Assembly (NCBI RefSeq): GCF_000143415.4
Contig: NW_003314271.1
Coordinates: forward strand, 2,440,285-2,504,284
Source of the DNA: Selaginella moellendorffii
Taxonomy: Eukaryota; Plantae; Lycopodiophyta
Length of the DNA: 64,000 nucleotides
Direction of reading: 5' to 3'
Shown here: piece after piece, positions 39,172-51,336 of the stretch
Numbering within the stretch: the first letter of the stretch is position 1
How the letters are laid out: the number at the start of each line of letters is the position of its first letter
Translations under genes and position numbers: made by a program
The notes under the pieces: generated by a model
The model's database searches: none
What the model was told of the DNA's origin: nothing
Seen by the model: only the letters and a program-made list of their open reading frames with translations

Positions 39172-41749
39172 CAGGTTCGCAGAGAAGATACTGTTTTTCT
39201 TTGGCAACTGTAATTATATGCTCTATTGAAGTCACCTCTTCAATGGAGTTTGTCACCGCAACACATGGGACACCCTTGAGTAGTGCGGCTCGAAAGAATA
39301 GTCCGCCGCAGTTGTACTCGACAACGCATTTGCCCTTGGAGTCGGAAGCAGGTGACCCACCCACTATTGCGTTGAAGACCCAGCTGAGCATTTCCCATGC
39401 TGCACCTGGAGCTTTCTTTGGATTCGAAAGCTCTATAGCCATCTTCAGTTCCTCAGGCACGGGTAAATTGACCTCCCTCAGATCAATTCGATTGGCCTTG
39501 TCGAACGAAGCTGGGAAGTCACTCCAGTCCCACTCTGCTGCAGGACCAATAACAAGGGCGAGTGTGAAGATGCGGACATTCGTCGGTATCTTCTTCTTAG
39601 CCATTATCCCATGGATCTCCCGCATCTCCTTGCCTTTCAACCGAGCCTTCACCTCGTTCAAGGCCTTCCAGAACTTGTGATAGGATTCGGAGTCGTAGAT
39701 CATATAGTGGACTGAAGATTCCACCTCCGCAAGTCCCACCATTAAGTCAATGATGGAGCTGACTTCGTCTGCATGAGTGATCTCCTCGTTTGTGAAGTCC
39801 ATCACGCAAAAGATGTTCTTGACCTGCTCATCTCCGCGGGAAACGATGCTCCTCCACCTTTGATCCTCATCCGAATTCAAGTATACCCGGTAAGGTTCTC
39901 GATAGGCCTCTGCTGCGGGGTCGAGCTGTTTCTGAAGCCGACGGTCGACATCAATCTTAATGAAATTTGGATACTGATCCAACTTCTCAGCTTTACTTTT
40001 CGTGGCATCCCGCAGCAGATCGATGAACTTGGGGGCCCCCTTCACGTACTCGTCGATGTCTTCATTTGACAACTCCAGCGCTTCCATCATCTCTTGCGTG
40101 GTGTCGATGCTCACCCTCTCCACGGCCACTTGCTCGAAGATCCAATCCTTCAATAGCGCACGAGCTCTTAGAGTCGTGCACAAGTCCTCGTATGTCACAA
40201 TATGGCCGGGAGTCATTTTGGTCTTGTTGAAGACTACCTCACCACGTAGAAGAGCATTAGCCACTGTCAGAAGGTCGTCATCGTCTAGAGACCGCGAGAA
40301 ACGCAAGGCGTTGAGCTTCAAATCATTGGGCTTCCGGCCGTCCTCCACACCCATTGAGTTTGGCAACTCCCCGTCATGGTACCTCCTCAGCACATCTACC
40401 CATTTGTCAAAAACAACTTTTGTCGCGAGTAGAATGTTATGGATGCTGAGTGTGTCATTGACCCCCAGTGTTTTCGAGAGAAGACTCGAGAATTCCTGCA
40501 ATGGAAATGGTGTGAGGCCACATGCTATGCCACATGCAACGAGGCTTACCTGCCAAGCGCTAGTTGCTAGTGCACGTCCTTGTCCTGGTTTTTGTGGCTT
40601 CTTCAGTTGAACCCAGAGCTTCCGTGTTCGTGCCAATGTCTCATGCAGACCCGATTTATAGCACGTTTCTTGCTTGACATTTTGCGCATGGGAGATGTAT
40701 ATGATAGATCGGAGGGGCGAGTTGCCTTTTATCAGGCGGACAACTCTTGTCTTGAAGACTTTCTTCACCTCCTCGCCCACCATAATATCCACAACTATCT
40801 CTTGCATCGCCAAGCTAGAATGCTGCCCGGAGACGGCATAGAACCGGATGTTCTGATCGTCCAACACCTTCCTATTGATCAAGTCTGGAAACCTCGTCTC
40901 GCCCTTCATTGTTCGGTAGTAGGGGATCACGTCTGCGATGTCGGGTGTTACTGGACTTGCTAGCATCTTCTGCTTCAGTTTCTCCACCCACTCATCAGAT
41001 ACTAGCCTGTGGTTGTATTTGCTTTGGATGTCGATACGGCTCACGTTGATTGTATATACTTTGTTGGAATAGTAATAAGTACTATTATCTGCGACGATTT
41101 TTGCTGCCTCTTCTTGCTCTTTCTGCTCTTTGCGGCTCTTCTTTTTGGTGGGTGTAGTGTTCGAACCCGAGGCAATGGCATCACTGAGTAGCTTCTTTTT
41201 TGGAGCAGGAGAGTCGGACGTCGGCTTGAGCTTGACCACCCTTTTCTGCTTCGAGGTAGTTTCCAGATCGACCCCCTTCCCCTTTGCTTCGCGAACTGGA
41301 GTCACTCTCAACGGCTCAATGTTGGAATATAGTTTTTGAACATCGCTGTAGGTGAGGTCCGTGGATTCCATGTGATCTTCATAGACCCGTAGCGTCTTTG
41401 AAATTGTGGGCCTCCTAGACAACCTCTCCCTAGCTCCCTCTAGGAATTCCTCATAGCCACTGCCCCCCTCCGGGAAGCCGCTAGGATGTGCAAGGTGGAT
41501 CTTGAAGGCAGACGCTGTCTCTACCACAAGTGCCAGTCCATATTCTTGCATGGAACTGCATGGAGTGTCTGTCACTTGGATGAGGATCCCCATGCATTCT
41601 TTTCTCCCACCATCTGTGTTGTACAGCCTCAGATCCTCGCCTTCCATCCCGAAAGTCCAACTGGTGAGCTCCTCCCCCTTCTCTGCATCCACATTGACAG
41701 TGGCTGGAAGAAGAACGCAATTCCTCGCTTGTTCAGAAATGCACAACAA
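39172..41749 (-). CDS. Large transposon cargo protein: ParB/Srx-like region plus degenerate methyltransferase-like C-part
   Basis: 864-aa ORF including an in-frame 54-nt intron (40496-40549). Motifs RLVSDEWVEKLKQKM...FYAVSGQHSSLAM and KGKCVVEYNCGGLFFRAALLKGVPCVAV. Coding status is well supported; the domain calls are by eye. Confidence 0.65.
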
Positions 41750-42169
41750 TTAGAGCTGACAGATGAAAAGCTAACGTGAATAACATGAGGCCACACGCCA
41801 TTCACCACTGCATCAGATGTCTTGAGGCTGCATCCTAAGATGGCGTGAGGCTACACGCCATCTGTAACTGGACTACACTCGAGAGCCCAATCGGTGCATG
41901 CCAATGTTGCTACTGAATGGCATGTGGCCTCATGCCATTTTCTACTTGGCCTAAAAGACTTACCATTTGAAGCCGAATGGAGGCGTGACAACCGGACTCG
42001 CTGGCGAATGTGCACTGTGTGTGCAGCGGATCGTAGCAGCAAGGCTACTCTGCCACTTACAGTTGGAGAGTGGCGCTGAAATCTCCTGGGACGCCAAGTG
42101 GGCTGCGTGTGGGTGGCGGAGTGGGCAGCGGAGTTGGCGGCGAAGTTACAAACTGGGTGTGTCTTGAAG

Positions 42170-42380
42170 TGGACGCCGATGCACACGAGCGCGATGCGAG
42201 CGCGAGTGTGATGCAAGCGCGAGTGGACGCCGATGCACACGAGAAACCTGTAGAGAAGTGGGAGCGCGAGTGGGAGCGCGATGGGAGCGCGAGTGGGAGC
42301 GCGATGCGAGCGCGAGTGGGAGCGCGATGCGAGCGCGAGTGGGAGCGCGATGCGAGCGTGAGTGTGCGAGCGCGAGTACG
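42170..42380. repeat. CpG-rich minisatellite (GAGCGCGAGTGG / GAGCGCGATGC units)
   Basis: Directly visible tandem 11-12-mers upstream of the cargo gene. Confidence 0.9.
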
Positions 42381-43277
42381 AAGCAAAATGCAAAACCTAA
42401 CCTCACACGCGCGAAATGTCACGATGGTTGGTAATCCCGCCACGTCATCATTTCTCGGACTTGGGCGCCACCATTAATTTCTGGATCGGCGCGCGCATGT
42501 GTGAAATCCAAAAGAAATCCGCAACGTCATCATTCCTCGGACTGCATGCACGCGAAATCCAAAAAAAAGATCATGATTGGGATATCATTTAATACCCTCG
42601 CTATATTTATACCATGCATGATTGGATATTCCAAAGCATCTTGTATTTCCAAAAATGCCAGATGTTCAGCTAAATAAATTGTCAGAGGATTTGATGTGAC
42701 GTTCAAGCATGTGGGCTCATGCAATTTTGATCCCAAAAAATGCACCAAAAAATGCTCGGCGTCATCTGGCGTTATCTCTTGAATGGCGTGGGGCCGCATG
42801 CCATTTTCAGGAGCACATAGGAGTATATTCCTAGAATATTCTGACACGCGCGAGATTGTTTTAAGTTTCCTGGAGATCCAACCGTTAGATCGCAACTAGA
42901 TTTTACAGAATGGTATACAATGTCCTTCTTGATGACCCTGCAAAGAAGCATCTCGATCGGACACCACATGAGACCACACAAGCCTTACAATGTTTCAGGG
43001 GCATTTGCCATAGATCCGACCGTTATTTTGCTCCAAGATTCTACATTTTGGTGTGCATTGACCTTTCCATCGACACTGCAAAGGGACATCACAATCAGAT
43101 GCGGGATCACAAGAAACCAACTTCACTAACTCTGGTTTCACCAAGATCTACGTAAGGAGTTATGAAATGAAAGGACCCTCTCTATTGAAATGTGTTTATG
43201 GTCCTAGGGGCATTGTGACATATCAAAGGATTTTGCATCAAGTTCTGTATTTGCTTGTTTATCAAGCTATTGAATTG

Positions 43278-43310
43278 CTAAACCCTAAACCCTAAACCCT
43301 AACCCTAAAC
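43278..43310. repeat. Short plant telomeric repeat tract (CCCTAAA)n / telo-boxes
   Basis: CTAAACCCTAAACCCTAAACCCTAACCCTAAAC. Confidence 0.9.
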
Positions 43311-44583
43311 ATGTGGCAAATGCTGCGTGAAGAAAGATGCCTTTTCTGGGCAAATGCTGTAAGAGGCAGATTCCGAGCAGATGTATCTCAGGCCAGCGAA
43401 GGGGACAAACGAAAGCTAGCTATAAACATGATGGGATGCAAATAGATTACTAGGCTGGTCCTACGAAAATCAAAAACCATAATTGAAAACATTGAAAATG
43501 CAAAAAGAAAGGTTTATAATATTTTTGAATTTTAAGCAACCAAATGAATGTAAGTAGGGCATGTGTTTGTAAGTTTAAAAATGCCTCAACCACTTAAATT
43601 CCCAAGTAAATAAAGCTGTTTCTATTTTTGGTACAGGTAAACTTTATAGCGTGTGGGCTCATGCAATTTTAAACCCAAAAATGCACCAAAAAATGCTCGA
43701 CTACCATTATTCTTTGAATGGCGTGTGGCCTTATATTGCCATAAATGGACGTACACACACAGCATAATTATTCCTTTACACGGCAAATAATCTTGGCGCG
43801 GATCGCTGACATGGCATGGCAAAGTTTGAATCACTGACATGGCACAGCTGGATCGAGGCAAGGACATGATGTGACAAAGTTCAACCTCCGACAGCAAAGT
43901 CTAGAAGCTACTCAGTTTGAAATTTGTCAGAGGAATCATAAGATCTGGTTTGTCAGAGGATTTGATGTGACGTTCAAGCGTGTGTTATTTTTGAATTCTC
44001 GAACTCATTCCTAGGTCTATCATTTTTGTGCGCCGTGTTCTTGGTTCCGTTGAGCGCAGTGAGCGCTGCTTGTGTAAGCGGCGTTGTGAGCTGTGGTTTA
44101 TGCGTCTACAAGCGGTTGCGGCATTGCGAGCGGCAGTTTATGCGAGTGGCAGTTTGTGCGAGCGGCGCTACGAGCAGTTGTGGTGTTGCGAGTGGCGCTA
44201 CGAGTAGTTGCGGTGTTGCGAGCGGCACTGTCTTTGGTGTGGCTACCGCTTCCTCTTGATATTCGGCACTTGTGCTTCCTGGTATGTTCACCATGGAATG
44301 GTTTAGGACCACATTTAGAAATGGCATGAGGCCACATGCCATCTTGGGCCCTTGCAATTTCATGGCTAGCGTATTGTCATGTATGTTTTTACTTGTCTGC
44401 AGCTGTGTGTATATCAAGATGGCATGAGGCCTCATGCCAATTTTGTGAATGCAAAATTTCACGTGGGTGTCAATAGCATGTTTGAATAATGGCATGTGGC
44501 CTCATGCTATTTGGTATGTTATGATTTAGGCCATTCTCCAATCATTTTTTGTATGGTCTTAACTTCTTTTCTGCACTTTCAGA

Positions 44584-47500
44584 ATGGCCTTCAGGGTTGG
44601 GGAAAAGGTTTACATTTTGAATGGTGGGAAGAGAGTTGCAAAAGGGACCCTTGTGTCTATGGATCGGAACTTTGTTATACACTGTCAAAGGCTTGGGGAA
44701 GGCAATGCTACTGTATCAGTAGAAACTGTCTTCGATGGGAATGTGGTCGCTATTGAACGAGGAGAGATGGTCGTCAGGGTAAATGTTGTTGTTGCCTTGA
44801 AAAATCTGCAGAAGAAAGCAGATGTTGGGGACAGCGCAAGTGCGACACATGTTCCCTCCGTGGATCTTAAGAACCGTGCTACATGGATTCAGGCAAAGGT
44901 GTTTCTAAACAACCCCGAGGGGGAGGTGGTAGCTGAGGTCTTAGCCACAGTTGTCGATCCAAGAGATGCGGTTGCTAATCAAGAATTGGGCTGGGATGAT
45001 ATTGGAGTTGCGATTTTAGAGGTTGTTGACACAGAAGAAAACAGTCTGACTATTGGAAGCATTGTGCGGTGGAAATTGAGGCATTTAGTGTTTGAGAATG
45101 TGAAGGATTCACAATCAAACACCACTACAACTGATGACAGAACATCTCTTCATGGGAAAAGAAAGTACACCTTCCTACAGCACAGCCAAAGGGATCTAAG
45201 CAACAAACCGAAAAGGCAGAAAATGGCGATGGAGGTTCGAATGGTCTCGACAGTTGCTTGTTGCAAGAGGAGGTGCTGTCAACATGCTGATTGGGATGCT
45301 ATTGAAGAGGAGAGAGCAAGATACAAGACATTGTCCTGGAAGGCAGCTCGCAATTTTGTGTATGAGGCATTACGGTCATCTGTTGATGCTTCAGAACATC
45401 AGGTGGGGGGCATGGTCTTCCAGAGGGGTTTGGTCTGCATGAAGGCATGGAGAATCATTTATGGAGTCCCTCGAAGCACATTCTACAGAATCAAAACTGA
45501 GTTCGAGGAACAAAGGGTTCAACAGGCAGTCCATGGGAACGATGGTACGCACAAAACCAGGGGTCATGTTGTATATGGAGAGGCAATCTTCAAGAGGTTT
45601 GCCAAGACATGTAGCGAGCAGCAACCACATAAAACCCGCATCTTGGAAGATGGAACACGAGACACCCAACGAGTTCTCCCTTCCATGTATACCAAGGGGG
45701 CCATATTGGAAGATGTGAATCGGGAACTCCAGAGTAATGGCTATAGGAAGCTGAGCCAATCTAGATTTAGTAGATTGTGGAGCAACAGGTTCAGGGATGT
45801 GAGTATAGGAAAGTACTCCAGCTTTTCAAAGTGTGACGAGTGCACTGCTATCAAAATGGCTTTGTCGAAGAATTCTTGCAGCGCTCAAGAGCGAGAGACG
45901 TTGGTTAGAAGGCGGCTCGACCACAACATCGAGCAGAGAAGCTGCAGGACTGCATATTATCATAACAGGATTCTCTCCATGGAGAGACCTGACTCTTACC
46001 TCTGCATCATCCACGACAAAATGGACCAGAAAAAGACGTGCTTACCTCGACTCAATCCTGCCCCCAAGGCAATCTCTTCATCCATGCAGCTGCCTGTGTC
46101 TCTGTTTGGCATAATCGCTCATGGGCATGGTGCCCAGAACTATGGGAACTTCTTTGTACCTCTATGGGGTGGCGGGGGTGCAAACATGATGATTGCGTCC
46201 CTAGCAAAACACTTAAGGTCTCTGCAAAGTGCGCAGACTGAGCTGAATGGCCAACCCTTGCATAAGGCCCTTGTCGATCGAACCCCATACAGAGTTCAGC
46301 TGGAGGAGGAGCAAAGGCTTGCAGTATCGCGTGGAGCCCCATGCCATCCCAGTGAATATGTTGGCCGTCAGATTGTAGGGTTATCACGTGAGGCCTCATG
46401 CCATTCCGACGAGGCTGGTCGCCCGGTGAATGCACAGCCTCATCCAAATGAAGCAGAATCTCAAGGAAGTTCTTGCGGCCGATGTGGCCTTCCACCCCAT
46501 CTTCTACTCCAAACAGACAATGCTGGCAGTGAGAACAAAAACATGTACGTCTTTGCGTACTTGGCGATGCTTGTTGCCAAAGGCATATTTGAAACGGTTA
46601 CACTTGGCTTTCTCATGGTTGGGCACACTCATGAAGACGTCGATGCCATGTTCAGTCACCTGTCAGAGTCCCTCCGGCGATCCAATGTCCTCACCCTCCC
46701 ACAACTCTATGATGAATTCCAAAATTGCATCAAAGGCACTGTTGAAGCTGCACTTGTGACAGAGGTTCCAGACTTTAAGGGGTTTGTAAGAGGCTACATC
46801 AGGGACGGATCCGAAACGCTGATTGGCCACTCCAAGCCTCTTCAGTTTCATTTCAGCATGCGTGACGGTGCTCCAGTGATGAGGTACAAGATGAGAGAAT
46901 GGGACACAGTGTGGCTGCCAGTGGATGGCATTGAACTCTTCAAGAGAGATCCCATAACTGGGGAACCTATGATTCCTCAGGGTTCCCCATGGCCGATGCA
47001 CCCGGATGGACTCAAAGACCAGGAAAGTATAGTGGCCGGGATTAGATAGCATATTGCCTTCTGGAAGAGGGGGTTGGTGTTTGGTGGAGAATCCTATTTT
47101 AAGAGGTGCAAGCCTTTGCTCGAATACTAGGAGAAGATTATATCTGCTATCCAAAATGGGCCGGTTGTATATGAAGAATTGGAAGAGTCCTTTTGGCCAG
47201 AACCCAGAGCACTAGATAGTAGCGGAACGATGTCCTCTGGAAATGCAGTGACAGATAACGATGTTGAGGATCACTATTGTGGGCCGAGGAACAAGAAGCC
47301 GGATTCAGCATTCAATCCAGTACAGGTCTGCAAAGGAATGGTCGTGCTTGTCAGACCCAGTAATAAAAAACAAATGATATGGGTGGGGCGCTGCATCACT
47401 GATGCAGAGGAGGACGCGGAAACTAACTCCTTCAATGTAACTGTGGAGTGGTTCAAGCCAAGTTCCGGATATACGAAGGATTGCCTAGAAAAGAGATGGG

Positions 47501-47652
47501 TGCTGAATCCAAGGGATCCCAGCATGAGCATATCGGTGGATAATGTTGTGCATGGTTGGATGCGGAAGAAGAGTGCCACCATCACCTTGCCAGACCATGC
47601 AAGAGATGCAGCAAGAGCATTCATAACCCGGGTTCAAGATGAGATTCATTAA
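44584..47652 (+). pseudogene. Sola-like DDD transposase (~1022 codons) with two in-frame TAG stops
   Basis: Motifs KCDEC...H, CIIHDKMDQ, LLLQTDNAGSENKN and FLMVGHTHEDVDAMFS. ORFs 44584-47049 and 47179-47652 are in the same frame, separated by TAG at 47047 and 47128. Confidence 0.85.
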
Positions 47653-48345
47653 TATTCCTTTACTAAGTTTCTAATGTATTTTATTTCAAGGTGAACAATC
47701 CGAATTTGAATCAGAGGAGGCGTGATGGCATGTGGCCCTTTGCACTAGTATATCTTAATACCGGTCTGAGAAATAGAATGGCATGTGCTCTCAGGCCTTT
47801 TACTAAATCACCTTTGAAAGAAATGCAAGCCTCTATGTCGTAAAAAAAAGGTACTAGAGAAATTCCTTAATAATATGAATGTTATTTAGTTTCATGAAAA
47901 TACACTAAGGGTCAAATGAGTTAAATGACTTCTCCAGACTAGCAATGCCTCTTGCTACACCTTCACAATTAGATTCGTTAGAAAAAGATAACATTGAATA
48001 ATATCTAAATGTTCTCACCATTAAGTTATATGTCTGGCTAATAGGAATGACATTCATCTTGGAAAGCTCACCACACGCTCAATGAACAAACAAATAGTGT
48101 GTGTGCACATGCCATCGCTCTTCTTTAGCTTCAGATTCGGCTTGTTCACCTTGACAATGAGATTTATTATACAACCAGATGGACTCAGTCTGGACACAAA
48201 GTCACCGCGCTAGTCACCATGCCCCAGATATGTCTAGCCCCTGGACAAAAAACATATAATTTCACGTCATTTTCAAATACTTGAAAATTTGTACCTAGTC
48301 CCATTTTACTGAATAAATCCCACTTTAACGAAATAGAGCTTTATG

Positions 48346-50729
48346 ATGGATAGAATATTTGGAGATGATTTGGACACATTTGTTGTCCTGTATATCGACG
48401 ATGTTTTAGTCTTTAGTAAAACGTTGGAGGATCATTTGAAACACTTGGAGCTGGTGTTTCAAAAGTTGCGCGAACACAAACTATATCCTAAGGAAAGTAA
48501 ATGTGTTTTTGATCAATTGCGCGTAAACTTTCTTGGACATATAGTTGGTGGTGGCATGATTGAGGTCGATCCAAAGAAGGTGGAAGCGGTGAAGTCCTGG
48601 GAAGTCCTGACCACTGTATCAGATGTTCGTTCCTTTCTTGGTTTGGCGGGATACTATCGCAAGTTTGTCCGGAATTTTGCAAGAATTGCTCTTCCGTTGA
48701 CTGAGTTAACGAAGAGTAATATTCTATTTCATTGGACACCAGCTTGTCAGCGTGCTTTTGTACGGTTGAAGGAGATCTTGACTACGGTTCTTGTTCTCAG
48801 GATCCCAGATCTTGATAAACCCTTCGAAGTGCATTGTGATGCATCTGGCTATGCTATTGGTGCCGTGTTGGAGCAAGATTGTGACAAAGCGGTTGGTGTT
48901 ACGCTAAGGCGACATGGTTGTCCCATTGCATTCTACTCCAAGAAATTGGATGAAACTCAACAAAGATGGCCAACGCATGAGAAAGAGATGTTTGCTATTA
49001 CGTCAGCCCTGGAACACTGGAGACACTACTTGGGTGGACATACCAAGGTTTATACGGATAATAACACATTAAGCTACTTTGCTACGCAGCCTAAGCTTAC
49101 GCCGAAGCAGGCTTGTTGGCAAGAGAAGCTTGCTAGATATGATATTGAAATCATATATAAACCTGGTAAAGACAATATTGTTCCGGATGTGTTGAGTCGT
49201 CAGGCTCAATTCCGGGAAATATCAACTATTAGTTCGGACTGGTTGGAGGACGTTCGGGCTTCGTATGGAAGTGATCCATTGGTGAAGGCAATCTTATGCC
49301 GTGCGGGGTTGTTGAAGCAGAGCCCTGGTAGTGAAGTAGCAAAAGTTGCTAGTTGCACTAATGTGAAGCTTCACTTCTCAGTTCGGGATGGGCTTATATT
49401 CTATAAGCAAGAAAGATTGTATCTTCCCACTAAGGATTTGCAACAGTTATTTCTGCGGGAACATCATAATGTTCCAGCAGCGGGGCATGGTGGGAAACAA
49501 AAGACTCTAGCTTCATTGAAAAAGGGATTTTTCTGGTCTAGTATGGAAGGTGATGTAGTGGACTATGTCCATTCCTGCCCTATATGCCAGCAATGTAAGC
49601 GCAGAACTGAGAAGTAGGCTGGAAAGTTGTAGTGCATTCCAGCACCGGCATGGCCATTTCAGAGTGTGACACTTGATTTCGTTACTTGCTTGCTGAAGTC
49701 AAAGGGCTATGATACTTTGATGGTGGTTGTGGATCGGTTGTCAAAAATTGCACACTTCATTCCAACTATGGGAACAGTGAATGCGAAACAAACAACAATG
49801 CTCTTTTTCCATGAAGTAGTGCGAGTTCGTGGTCTTCCCAAAGAGATGATCTCGGATAGAGATTCGAGGTTTACGGGGAAGTTTTGGGGCACACTGTTCC
49901 AGTTGTTCGGTACCAAGTTGAAGTTTAGTACGGCTTATCATCCTCAAACTGATGGGTAGACCGAACACGTGAATGCTCAAGTTAAGGATTATCTGCGGTA
50001 CTATGTCGCGGCGGACCAATGCGACTGGGTTGAGTATTTGGATACAGCAGAAATCTATTATAACAACACATTTCACAACGCTATAAGTTGTTCTTCATGG
50101 GAGATGTTGCAAGGGAATGCTTGTGGGGTTCCTCAACAGATTGTTGTACCGAAACCAATGATCGAAGTGTTGGTCCCAGCCGTTGAGACTTATGCAGAGT
50201 AGCTACGCCATGGTTGGTCTAGAGCTACTGAGGTAATGGGCAAAGCTCAGGATAGGTATCGACGTGATAAGGATTAGCATCGTTGGGATGTATCCTATCA
50301 AGTGGGAGATCAGGTGTGGCTATCTTCCCGGAACTTGAACATTAAGGGTTCTTTGTCTCAGAAGCTCTTGCCGAGATATGTTGGCCCTTATCGGGTATTG
50401 GCACAAGTTGGTGATGTATCCTATAAGTTGGATCTTCTGATGAGTTGTCCACTATACATGATGTGTTTCATGTCAGTTTACTGGCACCATATCATGTTGA
50501 TGCGGATCGCTCTATGGACATTCGTCCCCCTCCGAAAGTTGTGAATGGTGACATGGAGTATGAGGTCGAAGCGATTCTCTTGTTTCGCAAAGCTCGTAGT
50601 GGTCGTTCCAAGGAATATTTAGTTAAGTGGAAAGGTTACCCGACTTGTGAATCAACTTGGGATCCTCTTAGAAATCTTACCCATGCTCGTGAGCTTGTCA
50701 CGGAGTATGAGAATTGTAATAAAGATTAG
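48346..50729 (+). pseudogene. Chromovirus RT C-part, RNase H, integrase and chromodomain
   Basis: YIDD; CDASGYAIGAVL; integrase zinc finger HH...CPICQ; ISDRDSRFT; YHPQTDG; chromodomain EYEVEAIL...YLVKWKGYPTCESTW. Several stops and a frameshift. Confidence 0.95.
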
Positions 50730-51336
50730 CTTTTGTAAATATTGTAATAAATCTTGCAAATTAATAAAGTAATATATTTCTATAAATCAAAGTGTCGTTT
50801 CTCTTGTTCGTTAGTACTTGGGTCAGTTTTGGCAGGCTGACTTCTGCACTTCGGTGCATGTGTCCAATCCATAACCATGGGGATAACTATTATAGACTGA
50901 TCACAAGTCCCCGCCTTGCTCTCGATGGCTCATTTTCGAAAAGGGTCGTAGTCATGTAAACAACTTAATCTGCCAAATTATAATAGTTGTCTAAATCTTC
51001 CCGACAGGGTTGATTTCTTGCTCAGGGGAAGTTGGGCTCTGGCCTTCTCCCTATGTCCGTGCGGGCAGGGATGTATCATTCCTTTGTAAGCTGAGTGGTA
51101 CTCAGAGCAATAAGGGTGGCTAACTCCATTAGTCATTTTCTTGTCGGCGACGGCCGGAGGGTGTCTGAGTCTTAATGTCTTTGGACGTAGAGGACAGGTC
51201 GTTCCTTAACTCATTTAAGTCGGTGTGTTTCCCACATAGTGTGCTTTTTGTTAACTTTCAGAGTTGTTTCCTTGACAGTTTGCTAGACTCGGGTATGCAT
51301 CGACGAGGACGTCGATCTTCCCCAAGGGGGGGAGAG

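Larger units (their letters stand above)
35921..48341. mobile_element. 12.4-kb TIR DNA transposon, Sola-like (DDD transposase, 4-bp TSD), with cargo gene
   Basis: Perfect 24-bp TIR AAGCTCTATTTCGTTAAAGTGGGA (35921-35944 and 48318-48341) and TSD TATG (35917-35920 and 48342-48345). Removal restores RT FSTMMDRIFGDDLDTFVVLYIDD. Boundaries are certain; the superfamily is inferred. Confidence 0.9.

Noticed and set aside
41851-42477. ORFs of 128-180 aa over the GC-rich repeat
   Set aside because: They are repeat-derived translations on both strands with no recognisable domain. A short true first exon of the cargo gene here cannot be excluded.
36307-48115. Palindromic repeats as a CRISPR array
   Set aside because: Spacing is irregular (about 57 bp to over 1.5 kb), copies lie in introns and exons, there are no cas genes, and the context is eukaryotic.
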